From assembly GCF_009914755.1 (NCBI RefSeq), contig NC_060925.1: a DNA stretch of 64,000 bases, one strand, 5' to 3'. Both the position numbers and the translations under genes were made by a program. The DNA comes from the human T2T-CHM13v2.0 reference genome, Homo sapiens. Shown one piece after another: positions 20,821 to 35,855 of this stretch. The first letter of the stretch is position 1; every line of letters begins with the position of its first letter. The notes beneath the pieces were generated by a model. That model was given only the letters and a program-made list of their open reading frames with translations. It searched no databases and was not told the origin of the DNA.

Positions 20821-21982
20821 CTATGGAAGAAAGAAAAAGCTTATTAGTAAGGCTAACATGTTGCATACTGTTTCAAATTATTGATATTGTTACATAAGCT
20901 ATAATTTGAAAGCAAAACCTAAAATAAAAAACCTCAAACACTGAAGCTTCCATGTTTAAATTAGTGTTCTCATTAAGACTGGTTTAGAAGGGGCAAAGGA
21001 AGCCTGTTACTTCATACTATCTACAGACATTAGATTAATAATGGGAACAGTGATATGAATAATTCTTAATAAAGAATCTCAAATCATTTACAATTGGTCT
21101 AATAAATTTATTTTGCACATTCCTCTTCAAATGATTGCTCTTTACTCAATGTTCCCCAAACACACTAATTTGTCTTATGTTGTTAGCTCCCTAAGGGTAA
21201 AGACTCTATTTCATCTCCTGCTGAGTCTCTCTCCTGTGCCCCATACCCATTGATGCTTATAGTATTCAGTAAATGATTACTGACTGACTAAATGAAGTGC
21301 TTCTCAGCCCAGGCCAAAAAGTAAAACTCTGGGATGGGAAATATAAAAAAGTAATTCTAAAAGCTCAAGTATCCCTATGTACAATTCAGGGGTGATAGAA
21401 GAAAAATCTTTAACTATTTGATAGAAGAAAAATTATTCCTTAATCACTTAGGAGGACAGGCAATGTTCTAAGCCCATCACATATATGATCTCATTATCAG
21501 GAAACAAACTAGGAAAGCAGTGATTTGCCTGAGTTCATACCACTACTAAAGGGCAGGCCAGGATTCCAGAACTTTAGGACCCCTGATTCTGAGTCCATTA
21601 CTCTAGGGAACAATAAAAGGTAATAAGCTCTAGATATAGAACTAAAACAAGAAAGGCTGCATTTGTGAATATTTTTTATGAGATCGAAGGAAATTTTCAA
21701 TTGTTTTGAAATTCTCAATTGTTTTCATCTTTCTCAATTTAATTTGGACTTAAGAGATGCTTAAGTTATTTACAATATTTTTCATTTCAATTTATTTAAA
21801 TTTCATTCAGTATCTCCTGTGTTATCTTTCTACAGGCCTCATAAGTGGATGGACTGAATTTTTTATGAAATACCAGTTAATGGATAGTCTATATCTATCC
21901 TGTGTCTGAAATCTCAACCTACATAGTCATCTTTAAATACAGGGAAGCAACAGCTGAAATCCTTGTTATTAAGATGGGAAAT

Positions 21983-22297
<315 letters not shown>

Positions 22298-23075
22298 GCA
22301 GGGGACATATAATAAATCTGTTTTTAATTTAACTGCTTCTTTTTAACTTAAAACACATGTTAAGAAAACCAAGAAATAATCTTTGTATTACTTAGTCCCC
22401 TATTTTTTTTTTTTTAATTCTTCCTCAAGTTGACTTTTTTCTCTTTTTCCCCAAGGAAGCATAGTATTATTTTCTGTGATTCTTTTCCTTCTGTTCTGTA
22501 TTCCTCAGTTGGCATTACATGTATCTCTGCTGGCAAATTCAAATTATTTTTTAAACCACTGGTGATATAAACAAGCAAGCAAATTATATGTCTCTATACA
22601 GAAGTAAATCATGTAGAAATGAGTGAAAGAAAAATGACCTCTGAGCTTCAGAAATAAAGAGCATAGTGCAGGAAAAAGGTGAGAAAAGAAAAAAATAGTA
22701 ATGAAAATTTAAGAAAAATAAGGAGCAGATGAAGGTTTTAATTTTCTTTTATCACCTTCTCAATCACACATTCCTTACTCCTGCTATTGTAGTTGAACAA
22801 GTTATAGCCAAGCAAAAAGAATATTAGAAGAATATCTCCCTTACAAAATTAAGGCAGCAAACTGAAAAACACTGGCAATTGGAAACTTAGTTTTTCCTAT
22901 GACCTGTAGAGAAACTGACTTGTCAGCATTAAGGCCTCTCTAAGTTAGTACAGATACAATATAAAATTTTTTTTTGTCAACAAAACAAACCCTACTTTTA
23001 GCAAAGAAGATTATCTTTGCAGTTTGTTGAAACCCAATGGGAAATCAAAAATCTTCAACATATAATGGTTCTTAC

Positions 23076-23209
23076 CTTCCAAAAGCATTTAAAAGAGCAA
23101 CTATTTCCTGTCGGGTGAGTTGGAAGCCTTTAGATGGACTATTCTCTGGAAGCTTTTGGATTTCTTTTTCAGAGAATAATATCTTCAGGGCAGTTCCTAA
23201 ACCCTGAGT
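23076..23209 (-). CDS. ERO1B: ERO1B exon 15: [44 protein letters not shown](R)
   Basis: ttctttag|ACT ... AG|gtaaga; 134 nt. Confidence 0.97.
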
Positions 23210-24167
23210 CTAAAGAAAATAGCAATAAACTCATAATTAACTTTAAATAATAATAACTAGTAAAAAGGCTTAAAGGAATATATAGCCACTGTTATGCCAG
23301 TTAGGAAATTCATATGAACTGAGCTTTTCACAAAAATATTACTACAGTTTCTACTTTCTCACAGGTTATGCATATAATAAACACATCTGAGCAGTTAAGG
23401 AAACCTGAATAGTCTTAACACTTATTGAATACATATCATACTATTCCAAATTATTAAAATGACTTTTTTAACCTTGAAAATACCATATTAGGATTACAAT
23501 GTTCAATTTGTAACCATAAAGGACTTTTTACAGCTTTTAGCAATTCAAAACTCAGAGATTATTGATACCCACACTTAATAATTTCTCAATTATTAGCACT
23601 ATAGAAAAAGACATTTTATTTCAGTATAGCCTCCACTGTAATAATTTTGTCTCTTAATTTTCTATAAGTTACCATCTTTGTTAGAAAGAGATAAAATATT
23701 CAACAATCCTTTTGACACTGGCTTACACAGAGTAATGGACCTGTCTTGCGGAGCTTTCCTGTTTTGACTAAGTGACCTTCTTTTGCTCATTTATACAAAT
23801 TCAATGACCAAGACTTCATATTTCAATCTTTTTATGTAATTACATTTTACCTTTCTATATACATATGTAAAATACGGATATACTCGGTTCGTAATGACCA
23901 CCAACTTCACAAATGAATCTGGTATTGTATCAATAGAAACATAGACACAATAAAACTAAAATCACTAAAGAATAATATGAGAAACATCCTTTCACATACA
24001 TGTAACACATATACTTTAATTTTTTCATCAACAGAAAAAACACCTTGGATCTGCCTATTCCTAAATTCTAATTCAATGAACAATGAGGACATTTTAATAA
24101 AAAGCTTGGACTCAGTGGAAAAAATAAAGGTTAGTAATGGCTTCAAAAGAGAAGACAACACATATAC

Positions 24168-24254
24168 CTGTAATTTTCCCCATAATCTGCATTTGTCACA
24201 TCCAACACAGTCCATTATACGGGAGATATTCTTGAAATGTAATCGGAATTCCTC
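24168..24254 (-). CDS. ERO1B: ERO1B exon 14: [29 protein letters not shown] (CxxCxxC active site)
   Basis: ttgctag|GAG ... CAG|gtatat; 87 nt; [16 protein letters not shown] catalytic motif. Confidence 0.98.
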
Positions 24255-24354
24255 CTAGCAAGCAGAAAATATTTTCAGTCTAATTAGACTTTTAAAATTG
24301 AACCGCATTTGGCTAAACGATAAGTAAGTTTTGATGCTTATTAATAAATCAGTT

Positions 24355-24657
24355 GTGTTTTTTGTTTGTTTGAGAAGGAGTTTTGCTTTGTCGCCCAGGC
24401 TGGAGTGCAGTGGTGCCATCTCGGCTTAGTGCAACCTCCACCTCCCAGGTTCAAGGGATTCTCCTGTCTCCTCAGCCTCCCAAGTAGCTTAGATTATAGG
24501 CGCATGCCGCCATGCCCAGCTAATTTTTGTATTTTTAGTAGAGACGGGGTTTCGCCATGTTGTCCAGGCTGGTCTTGAACTCCTGGCCTCAAATGATCTG
24601 CCCACCTCGACCTCCCAAAGTGCTGGGATTACGGTGTAAGCCACCATACCCAACCCG
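24355..24657 (-). mobile_element. Alu, intron 13
   Basis: TSD agttgtgttttt. Confidence 0.92.
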
Positions 24658-25167
24658 AGTTGTGTTTTTCAACAGTAAAGAAAAATACTTGATACTTGTA
24701 TACTATAACATGGTACATAAAATACTGACATTAATGGAAATTAATAAAATTCATTCTGCATATTAATTCACTTTCCACTGAGGAGCTACTTTATGCAAAG
24801 CACCAAAATATGCACTATGGGAGATACAAAAGTAAATAATACATGGTCTTTACTTTTAAGGAACTTAATTGCTGCTTCCATTTGTTATCTACATACAACC
24901 AACAATAAATATGTCTAGTTTATGTTTCACTTATTTTTGATCCTTTGCTTTGTGTAAGCCTATATCAGAAAGCTAGTCCTAGAACAATGATCAATTTTTG
25001 TATCACTCCTTAGTACCACACTATGTTTGTCATGGTTGCTCAATCAATATGAATGATAACAGGCCTGTGTGACACATATGGTCCCACAGTCCTCTACATT
25101 TGCTAATGCAGTTGTTATGGAGATGCTTACTGGATCCCTCTATTTTGCTGTAATAGTTTCCCACACT

Positions 25168-25478
<311 letters not shown>

Positions 25479-26577
25479 CTACACTGGGGAAATTCTTCTG
25501 CCTATAAGCATTTGTGTGCAATATGCCTTTAAGGTTGGTCTCACTTTATCTGCGGATAAGATTGGTTAAGAGAAAATTTCCTCATTTGTTTCACATGGCA
25601 ACTGCAGAAAATAAAAATCATTTTATTGCATTGAGGGAAATATTTTATTGCATGAAGCGGGAGGCAAGTAGCCTGAAAACTCTGGCTACCACAAGCCCTG
25701 ACCAGCTGCCAGAGGGTTGAAAGGAATCAATACCTTGGCAAAGAAAGACAATATAAATAGAACACAAAAACTCCTGTGCTGGTCATATTCTCATGTAATG
25801 TAAGTTCTTTGCAGCAGATGGAAAAGGGACATAGGTTCTCCTTCATACATTCTTGACAAACAGCAAACAAAATCCCAGCATTGTGTAGTTAAAAGCTTGC
25901 TGTGAGACACTTAGGCTTTGCTTAGTCTCACTTTCCTCATCTACAAAAACATACATAATTATAGTTGCCCTATTACACAAGATCATTCTGAAGATTAAAA
26001 GTAGAACATATGTGTTGATACTTAGAAAACAGGAAGCATTATAAAAATGAATTAACATACAAAATACCAAAATGGCAATATACCTCTAAAACAACTGTAA
26101 AATAAAACAACCTTCCAACACTAAAATATAGTTGTGACTAAATTACTTATTTCAGAAATACCAAGAAAGTCTCGCCAAAGGAGAATCACTCAGTATTGAT
26201 TTATTGGTTCCTATAGTACATCCACATCTAAAACATCTTGGGGTCAAATGTGTTTTAGAATTCAGAAGTTTTTAAATTTTAGAAATACAGTACATGTACT
26301 GTATATTATGAAACATCTCACCAGAGTGTGAGGAAACACCCTGCAGTCAAATCCGTTAATGTTTCTGTAGCAAAATATAAAAAATTCATACCAAGCAGAA
26401 TTTGAAAACAACCCCACAAAACTACGAATATCTGCTATATTCTTACACCAGTTTAGGTCAGGTTTTGCTAAAAAATTACCTTGCACTAAACATAAGAAAA
26501 TGTTTCAGTTTTTGAAACTACCCGGATTTCAGAAGTACATATAAAAGACTATGAAGTTGTACTCAAAGATTATTTGT

Positions 26578-26725
26578 GGCCAGGTATGGTGGCTTGTGCC
26601 TGTAATCCTAGGTACTTGGGAGGCTGAGGTGGGAAGACAGCTCAGGGCCAGGAGTTTGAGACCAGCCTGGGCAACATAGCGAGACCCCATCTCAAAAAAT
26701 AAATTTAAAAGTAAAAAAAAAAAAA
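26578..26725 (+). mobile_element. Alu monomer (FLAM-like)
   Basis: Left-arm-like monomer with A tail. Confidence 0.85.
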
Positions 26726-27313
26726 ATGCCAATTTCAAATACTTTTATGAACATTTTAAGGGTACAATTTGTTTCTTAATGTACTTTAAGCAAATGAAAA
26801 TAAAGAACACCTAACATGAAGTTTGGTAATGTTCCCAAAACATATTCTCCTTCTGATGTCACATGTTAACAGGTAGTTTTAACCTTTTAAGTTAGTCCAA
26901 AGGGACAAAAACATAATATATGTTTCAAAAACCGTAACATTCCATAAAATAAACTTTAGAAAAATATTTATTGTCCTCAAAGTGGCTAAAAGCTCATGGT
27001 ATTCTGAAAGCTGCATCAAAACGACAATATACACTGCTTTTAAACTAAGAAAACTTTCCCTCAACTAGTATCTTTTAAAAAGACATTTATAAAGGTGTTA
27101 TAGGACATACTAATGACCAATGATTCACTAAGCAGTTGGTCAATGGAACTGAGAAATATGGAAAGGCTTTTTGTACCATTTGTATTAAAATCCAATCAGA
27201 CCAACTCTGACAAGAAGCTGGAAAACTGGGAAAGAAAACAGTTTGGATGCACAGCATTAAAGCATAACCAGCAAACTGCTCCCAACCCCGTGTCCCAATC
27301 GAGAACTTTTTAC

Positions 27314-27383
27314 CTTTAGTGACTTGGCCCCTTTTTTGTCACCTGCAAACATGGATTTCTCATCAAAGTGCATGGGAAAGGAC
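27314..27383 (-). CDS. ERO1B: ERO1B exon 13: [23 protein letters not shown]
   Basis: ttatcag|G ... AAG|gtaaaa; 70 nt, phase 2-0. Confidence 0.96.
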
Positions 27384-27896
27384 CTGATAAAATGATAGTA
27401 TTGGATTAAGTTACACATGAAAAATCCACGTACTCTGTATCAGAAACCTGATAAAATTTTCTATCCTTATGAATATTTAAAATTCATTATTTACTCCGAT
27501 GTAAGTTTTGGTAATGTAGAAAAGTGACAAACAGTTCACACATAAACTATTTCATAAAAGACTAAAGCAAGACACAGATGGCTGTTAAATTTAGTAAGAC
27601 TGTAATGTTTTAAATAAATGACACAGGTAATCTAAAAAATTAACTGAAAACAATCTATGTAAAAAATAGGCAATATTCCCTTAATATTCTTTAAAAATTT
27701 AATACATAATTTACTTTAAACACTTTTTAATCTTTCTCTTCCAGGCTATTTTAAAAACCAGTTAACTCAAGTTTTCTTGACCAAGCGTTTTGTTTAAAAG
27801 GTTATATTCTAGAAGATAAGGCTAATGTTTCCTTACATATCCATCCCAATGCAAACACATGTATATTATCATCTAAATTTAAATATAGTGACTAGA

Positions 27897-28199
27897 GGCC
27901 AGGCGCGATGGCCCATGCCTCTAATCCCAGCACTTTGGGAGGCAGAGGAGGGTGCATCACTTGAGGCCAGGAGCTTGAGACCAGCCTGTCCAACATGGTG
28001 AAACCCTATCTCTACTAAAAATACAAAAATTAGCTGGGTGTGATGGCACACACCTGTAATCTCAGTTACTTAGAAGGCTGAGGCACAAGAATTGCTTGAA
28101 CCTGGGAGGCAGAGGCTGCAGTGAGCCAAGATTGTGCCATTGCACTCCAGCCTGGGCAACAGAGCAAGCCTCTGTCTCAAAAATAAGTAAGTAAATAAA
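27897..28199 (+). mobile_element. Alu, intron 12
   Basis: TSD agtgactaga. Confidence 0.92.
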
Positions 28200-28512
28200 G
28201 TGACTAGAAGAATACAAAATTGGTAGAAAGACCATTAAAGTAGCACTAAATTTTGATACTACATAAAATTTAGTGATATTTTAAAGCACTATTCTCAAGT
28301 GTGAAAATTTCTGCAAAAGAAAGCCTTATTAATGCTTTTTCATCAACATTTTCAGAAATATTTTTAAATTCTGTTGTTCTATTGATCACTTTCCTTTTCT
28401 GTTCTACATCTCCCCTCGGTTAACTTTTAGGAGTCAGTTTTTGTGTACTTTAAGTGCTACCTCATTTGAATACAGAGAGGAGAATTTCAAATCACGGATA
28501 GTCAATTCTTAC

Positions 28513-28759
28513 TTTGTATCTTGAAAGATATTCAGTAGAAGAGTTTTTGTGTCAGCATCTTCTTCTGCATTTCCAGTGTAAAGATCGACAATTGAGCGCT
28601 CAAAATATGGAGCCACCTTTGACAAAGCTCGAAGCTCAATCAAGTATAAAAAGTAAAGATTCTTGAGCCTTCTTGGACCTTCTCCCTTGGTTTCCACAGG
28701 GTCAAAGCGGTGTTTGAATTCTTTAATATTAGGTCCCCAACTGGGCTTACCCCAGGTTT
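28513..28759 (-). CDS. ERO1B: ERO1B exon 12: (E)[14 protein letters not shown]...[23 protein letters not shown]...LLNIFQDT(K)
   Basis: ctctttag|AA ... AA|gtaaga; 247 nt; overlaps ORF 28509-28781. Confidence 0.97.
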
Positions 28760-28890
28760 CTAAAGAGAAAGAGAAATACATTACATTGTTTTAGTAAACA
28801 GGATTTTTTTTCTGCTCTAAAGAATATGTATTCTCTCCAATAATTTTTACACTAATAGAAGGCAAAATCTCGACTTAAAAATATGATTAC

Positions 28891-28983
28891 CTTCCAAAAG
28901 ATAATTTGCGCATAGATGTAAATTGATGCTAGCATGAAGTCCCGATATAAGCTTATAGAAGACTCTTTTCTCCAGACACAAAC
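28891..28983 (-). CDS. ERO1B: ERO1B exon 11: (G)[30 protein letters not shown]
   Basis: aatag|GT ... G|gtaatc; 93 nt; [16 protein letters not shown] Ero1 FAD-binding motif. Confidence 0.97.
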
Positions 28984-31387
28984 CTATTCAGAAAAATATT
29001 GAAAAAGAAATTACACCTATTTAGATATCAGAAATATTGACTCAAGGAGGTTCAGTATGTAGGCTTATTTTTGATTGAAGAACATTAAAATAAATCAAGG
29101 AATAATATAAAACTGATTAGATCAAGATTCTCTCACTAGAAGGCAAAGTAAGATTTTGGCTTCAGAATGGAGTTAACTGAATATGATGAGAACTTAATGC
29201 TGAAAAAAGCAGAAAAGTTTGAGCAACTAGGGGTCAAAACACTATGGATAAAGTTGGCAAGTTCCCATGTTAGACAGCAACAGCACAGGTTTTCTTGTGG
29301 TTTAGGCTAAGAACTTACTGAAGTAAATGTAATTATAAAGTCACTGCTGGATTTTTCCCCCTTCCTTATATGTGTTATTTGCTAGCAGAGAAATAAGGGT
29401 TTTATTAACCTTCTGCCCTGAAATTGTCTAATTTTTTAACCATATGTTCTACTTGTAAGGAGCTGAAACTTGGAAAACAGAAATCCAGGAATTTCAACTA
29501 ATTAAAAAAAGAACAACAAGTTGACTGTTTACTACTTCAGTGGAATCATATCAGTGGAGTACAGGAATATAACAGAACGTTATTTGATGTAGCCTTCTTA
29601 AGCCACAGGGGCTTTTTTGCTGAGAACTTAAGAGGTCAAGATATCCCGTCATCCTATCCTAACCCCTGCCCCCATTTTAAAAGATTTTCTCTCATAATAG
29701 GAGTAATACACATTGTGAATGTATTTAATGCCACTAAACAGTAAACTTAAAAATGATTAAGATGGTAAATTCTTAAATAAATAAAAATGCAGAAAATTTT
29801 AAGAAGTCACTGGATACACGGCCATGAGCTTTTCCCTCCTTCATCCAACAGGTTTTTAACACTTTCCCCATGCAGGAAAATGGGCTTTAATAGTGGAAAG
29901 CAAAATAGTCTCATTTATATGATGGGGGAAATTTTTTTTTAATGTAAGAGTATGTGGTTTTCTTTGTGTCTATTAAGATTTTCCAGCAATTCACTCTCTC
30001 TTTCTGTCCTATCACAGATGATTCTGAAGCACGTGGCCTCTAACTAGAAAAAATAATTCTTTTGAGTTCTCGTTCCCTAATTGGGAATTCTTGCTAGAAT
30101 ATTCAAATTGTCATGGATGGGGACCAAAAGAAATTGAATTTTATTTTGTAGCTTCCTCCCTAAAAGTATATGACAATTTTGAATGTTTACGATAACAATG
30201 GATACAAACAATATGAATATATTTAATACAACATTAAGTACTAACTTCTCTTCTACTAAAACTTTTCATCAGATCTATTATCAAGTAACAAAATATCAGA
30301 TTTGAAGTTCACTTTATTTTCTTCCCAACCTCTCTCTCTAAGCAGTGCTTATGTCCAATAAAATGGATAAAGACAAGAGAAGGGACAGTAAGCAAAGCAA
30401 AACTCATGAAAATCCATATGCCTACAAACCAGGACCTGGAAAACTGGGAGGCAGTTATAATTTGCAAAGCCCACAAAGCCCCTACCACTGCAATGAGGTA
30501 GGGGATAAGTGAGGGGAGAGGAATAGAAATGTATTTCCACAAACTGTGAAAAACAGGTAACTTTAAGCAAATTAATAATAAAATATGCACCAAGTAAGTG
30601 CACCCAGACACACAACACACTTAGCAGGAAATTGCTGGAGAGCTTCTCCTGGCCTACACACAGTCTGTGCCAGGCTGGATGGTATCTTTAATTACCGAGG
30701 TCCAGGCAAAAGCCTTCTCAATCTCACTCTGAAGTGACATCTGCAAAAGCTGACTTACCAAGGCAGAATCCACCAACTTCTAACAACATAGAGCAATTCA
30801 ATTACACAATTTAGAAAATGGTTCTCTTCTTCCTCTTTTCGATTTAATTTCATTAAAATGCATTTTCAGCACTTGAACTTTCAGAAAGGGGTTGCATTTA
30901 CTGTAACAGTAATATTTGGCATTTGGACGTGGATTTGTGGTTTCCAAAGGAACCTTTACAGGAATCATCTACACTCACAGTGTAAGTAGGACTGCTACTG
31001 CTCCTCTCCACGCTCCAGATGAGGAAACTGAATCTCAGAAAAGGTTGAGTCAGCTGCCTATAAGGGAATGCTCTTTGGAACCATGTATCAATATTCAGAT
31101 ACTCAAAACAGTAAGACTGGAAGAATGGTTGATATAATATACATAGAATCCAATATTGTTTCTAAATTTCATTCTCATTACTAACACTCAGAGTCTCTGA
31201 CTACCTTTTCTAGCCTAAATGCTACTTTTCACAATTTGTATCTTTAGAGTAGAGCTTATTAAACAAAGCTAAACATCTTCTACATAAGTGATTTTCTCAT
31301 ATAACTCCTAACAGAATTTGCACATCAATAATGTTCACCTTAATAATGGCCAACATATGCACATAGTTCATTACAAACAAAGAAATA

Positions 31388-31680
<293 letters not shown>

Positions 31681-32467
31681 GAAATAATATTCATAAGATA
31701 ACATGACCAATTGACATGCATAAAATAGAATTAGTTTTACTCTGTAGTATTCCTATAAGGTTATGGCTATGAAATATCAATTTTCCTATGTCATTCTACT
31801 TGCTTATCTGTTACTAATATATTTTAATTTTTAATTTCATATACTAATGGCAATTTGGTAAGGTAAATTTTTAAAAGCATCATATATCCAGTTATTAACC
31901 TGAGTTATTAAAATCCTACAACATTTCACCTTTCCATTAATAGCATTTGATATTTTCAACACTGGAAGTACAAGAATGCAAAAGCATCTAATATATCAGG
32001 ATCTATATTGCTTTATCTTTTAATCAGACAAGGTTAGACTATATTAACGTGGCAAATATGTTTCGAATCTTTTGAATTCATATTTATCTTCCATTAATTT
32101 TATATATAAAAAGTACTTCCTTCCAAAAGGAATGTCTCCACTTTTAAAATATTTTGCATACTCGTTACTAGAGAAGTAGTTTGAATGAACATTACATACA
32201 GAACAGAAATAAGATTAGGGAACCAGTTATGAAAACCTGATGACAGTATTTGGCCTGTGTATTTATATAAACCTGGTTTTTAGCTGACCACTATCTTCAA
32301 ACTTTTCACATAATTTTATCCCCATATGTTAACCTAAAACACATTTTTTTTTTCAAACTGTCAAAATTAGTTGACTAGGTAATAAAATCCTAGACCTTAC
32401 AAAAATATGCTAAATAAATCAGTATTTTTTAACAAAAAATCCAATAAATTTAGAACAGACTGTTTAC

Positions 32468-32494
32468 CTTCTAGCCATGTGTAGAATGATTCTC
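32468..32494 (-). CDS. ERO1B: ERO1B exon 10 (27 nt): ESFYTWLE
   Basis: (ct)n-cag|GA ... G|gtaaac; phase 1-1. Confidence 0.94.
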
Positions 32495-32576
32495 CTGAGA
32501 GAGAGAGAAAAGTGGATTAAAACATTATATGGTCATTTATAAAGTAGAATAAATTAGGTTTATAAAATCTTTCTGC

Positions 32577-32882
32577 AGGGCATGGTGGCTCATGCCTGTA
32601 ATCCTAGCACTTTGGGAGGCCGAGGTGGGCTGATCACTTGAGGCCAGGAGTTTAAGACCAGCCTGGCCAACATGGCGAAACCCCATCTCTACTAAAAATA
32701 CAAAAAATTAGCCGGGTATGGAGGTGCAGGCCTGTAATCCAGCTACTCGGGAGGATGAGGCAGGAGAATTGCTTGGACCCAGGAGGCTAAGGTTGCTGTG
32801 AGCCGAGATCATACCACTGCCCTCCAGCCTGGGTGACAGAGTGAGACCCTGTCTCAAAAAAAAAAAAAAAAAAAAAAAAAAA
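32577..32882 (+). mobile_element. Alu, intron 9, ~80 bp upstream of the exon 10 acceptor
   Basis: Dimer with ~27-nt pure A tail. Confidence 0.92.
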
Positions 32883-33057
32883 TTATGACAGATTAAGTAA
32901 TCTCTCTAAAATGTCTACTGCTTCAGGTAAAATAGAAAAATAACCATATGGTTCTAGGAAATAAAACCTACAAATAATTTAAGTAACTTTAAGAGAGTGT
33001 TTTTACAAATATTTTGACTATTAAATTTTTTAAGAAAACATTTCAGTCAAAATATGA

Positions 33058-33190
33058 GCTGGCCACAGTGGCTTGGACCTGTAGCCCCAGTTAACTCAGA
33101 AGGTTGAGGGGGAAGGATTGCTTGAGCCCAGGAGATCGGATCCAACCTGGGCAACATAGCAAGATCCTGCCTCTTTTAAAAAAAAAAAGT
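33058..33190 (+). mobile_element. Alu monomer (FLAM-like)
   Basis: Monomer with A tail. Confidence 0.8.
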
Positions 33191-33513
33191 ATATAAATCT
33201 TATTCATTGAAGGTGTAAATATCTGAAAACATAGGGCAAACATTTTAACGATCTCAAATTTGCTTTTCATAACAACCATAGTGCTTTTTAAATATTCCAA
33301 GAAAATAAGGAATTATAATTAACACAAACGTCCAACTATTATTCCATTTTTCCTAATCCAATAAAACTAAAAATATTTCCTCAATTTTCTAAGACTAATA
33401 AGTTTTAAGGGACAGCTAAAAAATCTCTTAATTTTCAATATAATTCTTCAGGAAAGTTAATAGAATACAGAAGGGCTTGACTAATCTGTGTACTAATGCT
33501 GAAGAACATTCCT

Positions 33514-33758
33514 GGGGTCAGGGAGATGCTGGTCAAGGGATACAAAATTTCAGTTAAAGAAATGCAGTAAGTTCAAGAGATTTATTGTAGAACATGCTGA
33601 CTACAGTTAATTACAACGTATTGTATTCTTGAAAATTGCTGCGATTTTAAGTGTTTTCGCCAAAAAAATGGTATGTGAGCTAATTAGCTCAATATACCCA
33701 TTCCACAATGTATACATATTTCAAAACATGTTAAACACTTGAAAAAAAAAAAAAAAAA
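33514..33758 (+). mobile_element. 5'-truncated L1MA 3' end
   Basis: ggtcaagggatacaaaatttcagtta...gtattcttgaaaattgct, poly-A, TSD aagaac(c)attcctgg. Confidence 0.8.
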
Positions 33759-35069
33759 GAACCATTCCTGGCCCTGTAACCTTCTTCTGAGTTGGGGAAA
33801 GAGAAAGAAAAGAGAGCAGTCAATAAGAATCAAAATTGTTAATGCACTTCCTGCGTTACCTATCCTCGATGTTGTTTTTTTTTAAATTGAGAATGATAGA
33901 AATTATAGAAAAACCGAACACTCAGATGAGCTGAGTAAGGAGTCTAGGGATAAACTAGACGGTGGGGAATTACTTTGCCTCCTGAGAGTCTTCATACTTT
34001 GTACAAAAATGAAAACGTCTAACAAATTAATTCATTCAACATATAGTAAGGATCATTTATCATTATATCACTTGTGATTCAAAACACCTCAAGTGCCAAC
34101 AGGAAAAGTCTAGTACCCAACGTACTAAAAAATATGGCCTCTATCAATCTAATTTAAACTACCACTATATAGTCTTACCTACCACTAAAAGGGTCTCTTT
34201 ACTGTCTCCCCAAACATGCCTGACTTGTCTCAACTCCCAGCTGCATGCTGTTTCCTCCAACATGCACTATCCAATTGTACGGATCTAAATCTGTCCCATT
34301 ATTCAAAATTCACCTCAAATGCTACCCCTCCTCCAGTAAGCTTTCCCACATCGCTCCTGTGAGATACGATCTGTTTCTCCTCTAAGGAGCTATATATATC
34401 ACCTACTGTTTGTACCATCTATGGAGTATTTCTTTACCTCATTACCATTGTTTATGTACAGTGCTTATCTTTCCTACTATCCTATATATCCTCAGCTCCT
34501 AGAGGGAAAGCACCATGTTTTAAACATCTTCCTACCCTGGACAATGCCCATCAGTGCCCCTGAACACAGAGAGGTAAACATTCAGTTGAAATAATTATTT
34601 TGGCTATTTTGGGGGTATCTTTTAACCAACATTCATTCAATAATCAATTGTTAATAAATTGCTCGTCATCAAATTAAGTATTATATTGATACCTGAGGTT
34701 AGAAATTTCAGTCAATAAGAAAATAAAGAGGTCACAAGACAAATTATCTGGTAAAACTACCTTAACTCCTTCTCCCCACTTCCTCAGGACATATTCAAGT
34801 AAATTATATAATAACCAGAAAATGGGGAACTTGTAATGTGAATTGATTTACAAACTAAGCATTTAGGAAAAATGGTCTTTTTTTTTTAACATAGGATAAC
34901 TTGATATATATAAAATAATCTTTTTTTTTTTTGGTCACCATTCATTAGTAGCTATTTTCTTAGAAAACAGGAATACTTTCTTTTGAATTCCATAAAGGAA
35001 AAATCAAATTCTGATTGTTACAAAAAATTTCCTCCACACTTGAAACAAACAAACATGAGTTTTGCTCAC

Positions 35070-35081
35070 CATCATCTTCGC
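35070..35081 (-). CDS. ERO1B: ERO1B exon 9, 12-nt microexon GCGAAGATGATG: (G)EDD(G)
   Basis: ttttctcttttag|GC ... G|gtgagc; supplies GEDDG between exons 8 and 10. Confidence 0.92.
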
Positions 35082-35229
35082 CTAAAAGAGAAAATAATAG
35101 AAAAGATTTTAGAAAATGTCTTACATAGCTCAGATCCCAATACTATTTTTTGAGATTAAAACTGTTAAACTATTAATTATATCACAAACCTTGGTCACTG
35201 AGTAGACGCCCTGCAAATGAGTCCTCTTA

Positions 35230-35855
<626 letters not shown>

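Noticed and set aside
23907-24215. 102-aa ORF starting MDCVGCDKC
   Set aside because: Exon 14 read through into intron 14; real donor at 24168
28745-28751. Donor-like G|GTAAGC 9 nt inside exon 12
   Set aside because: Too close to the acceptor and out of phase with exon 13; no support from sequence alone
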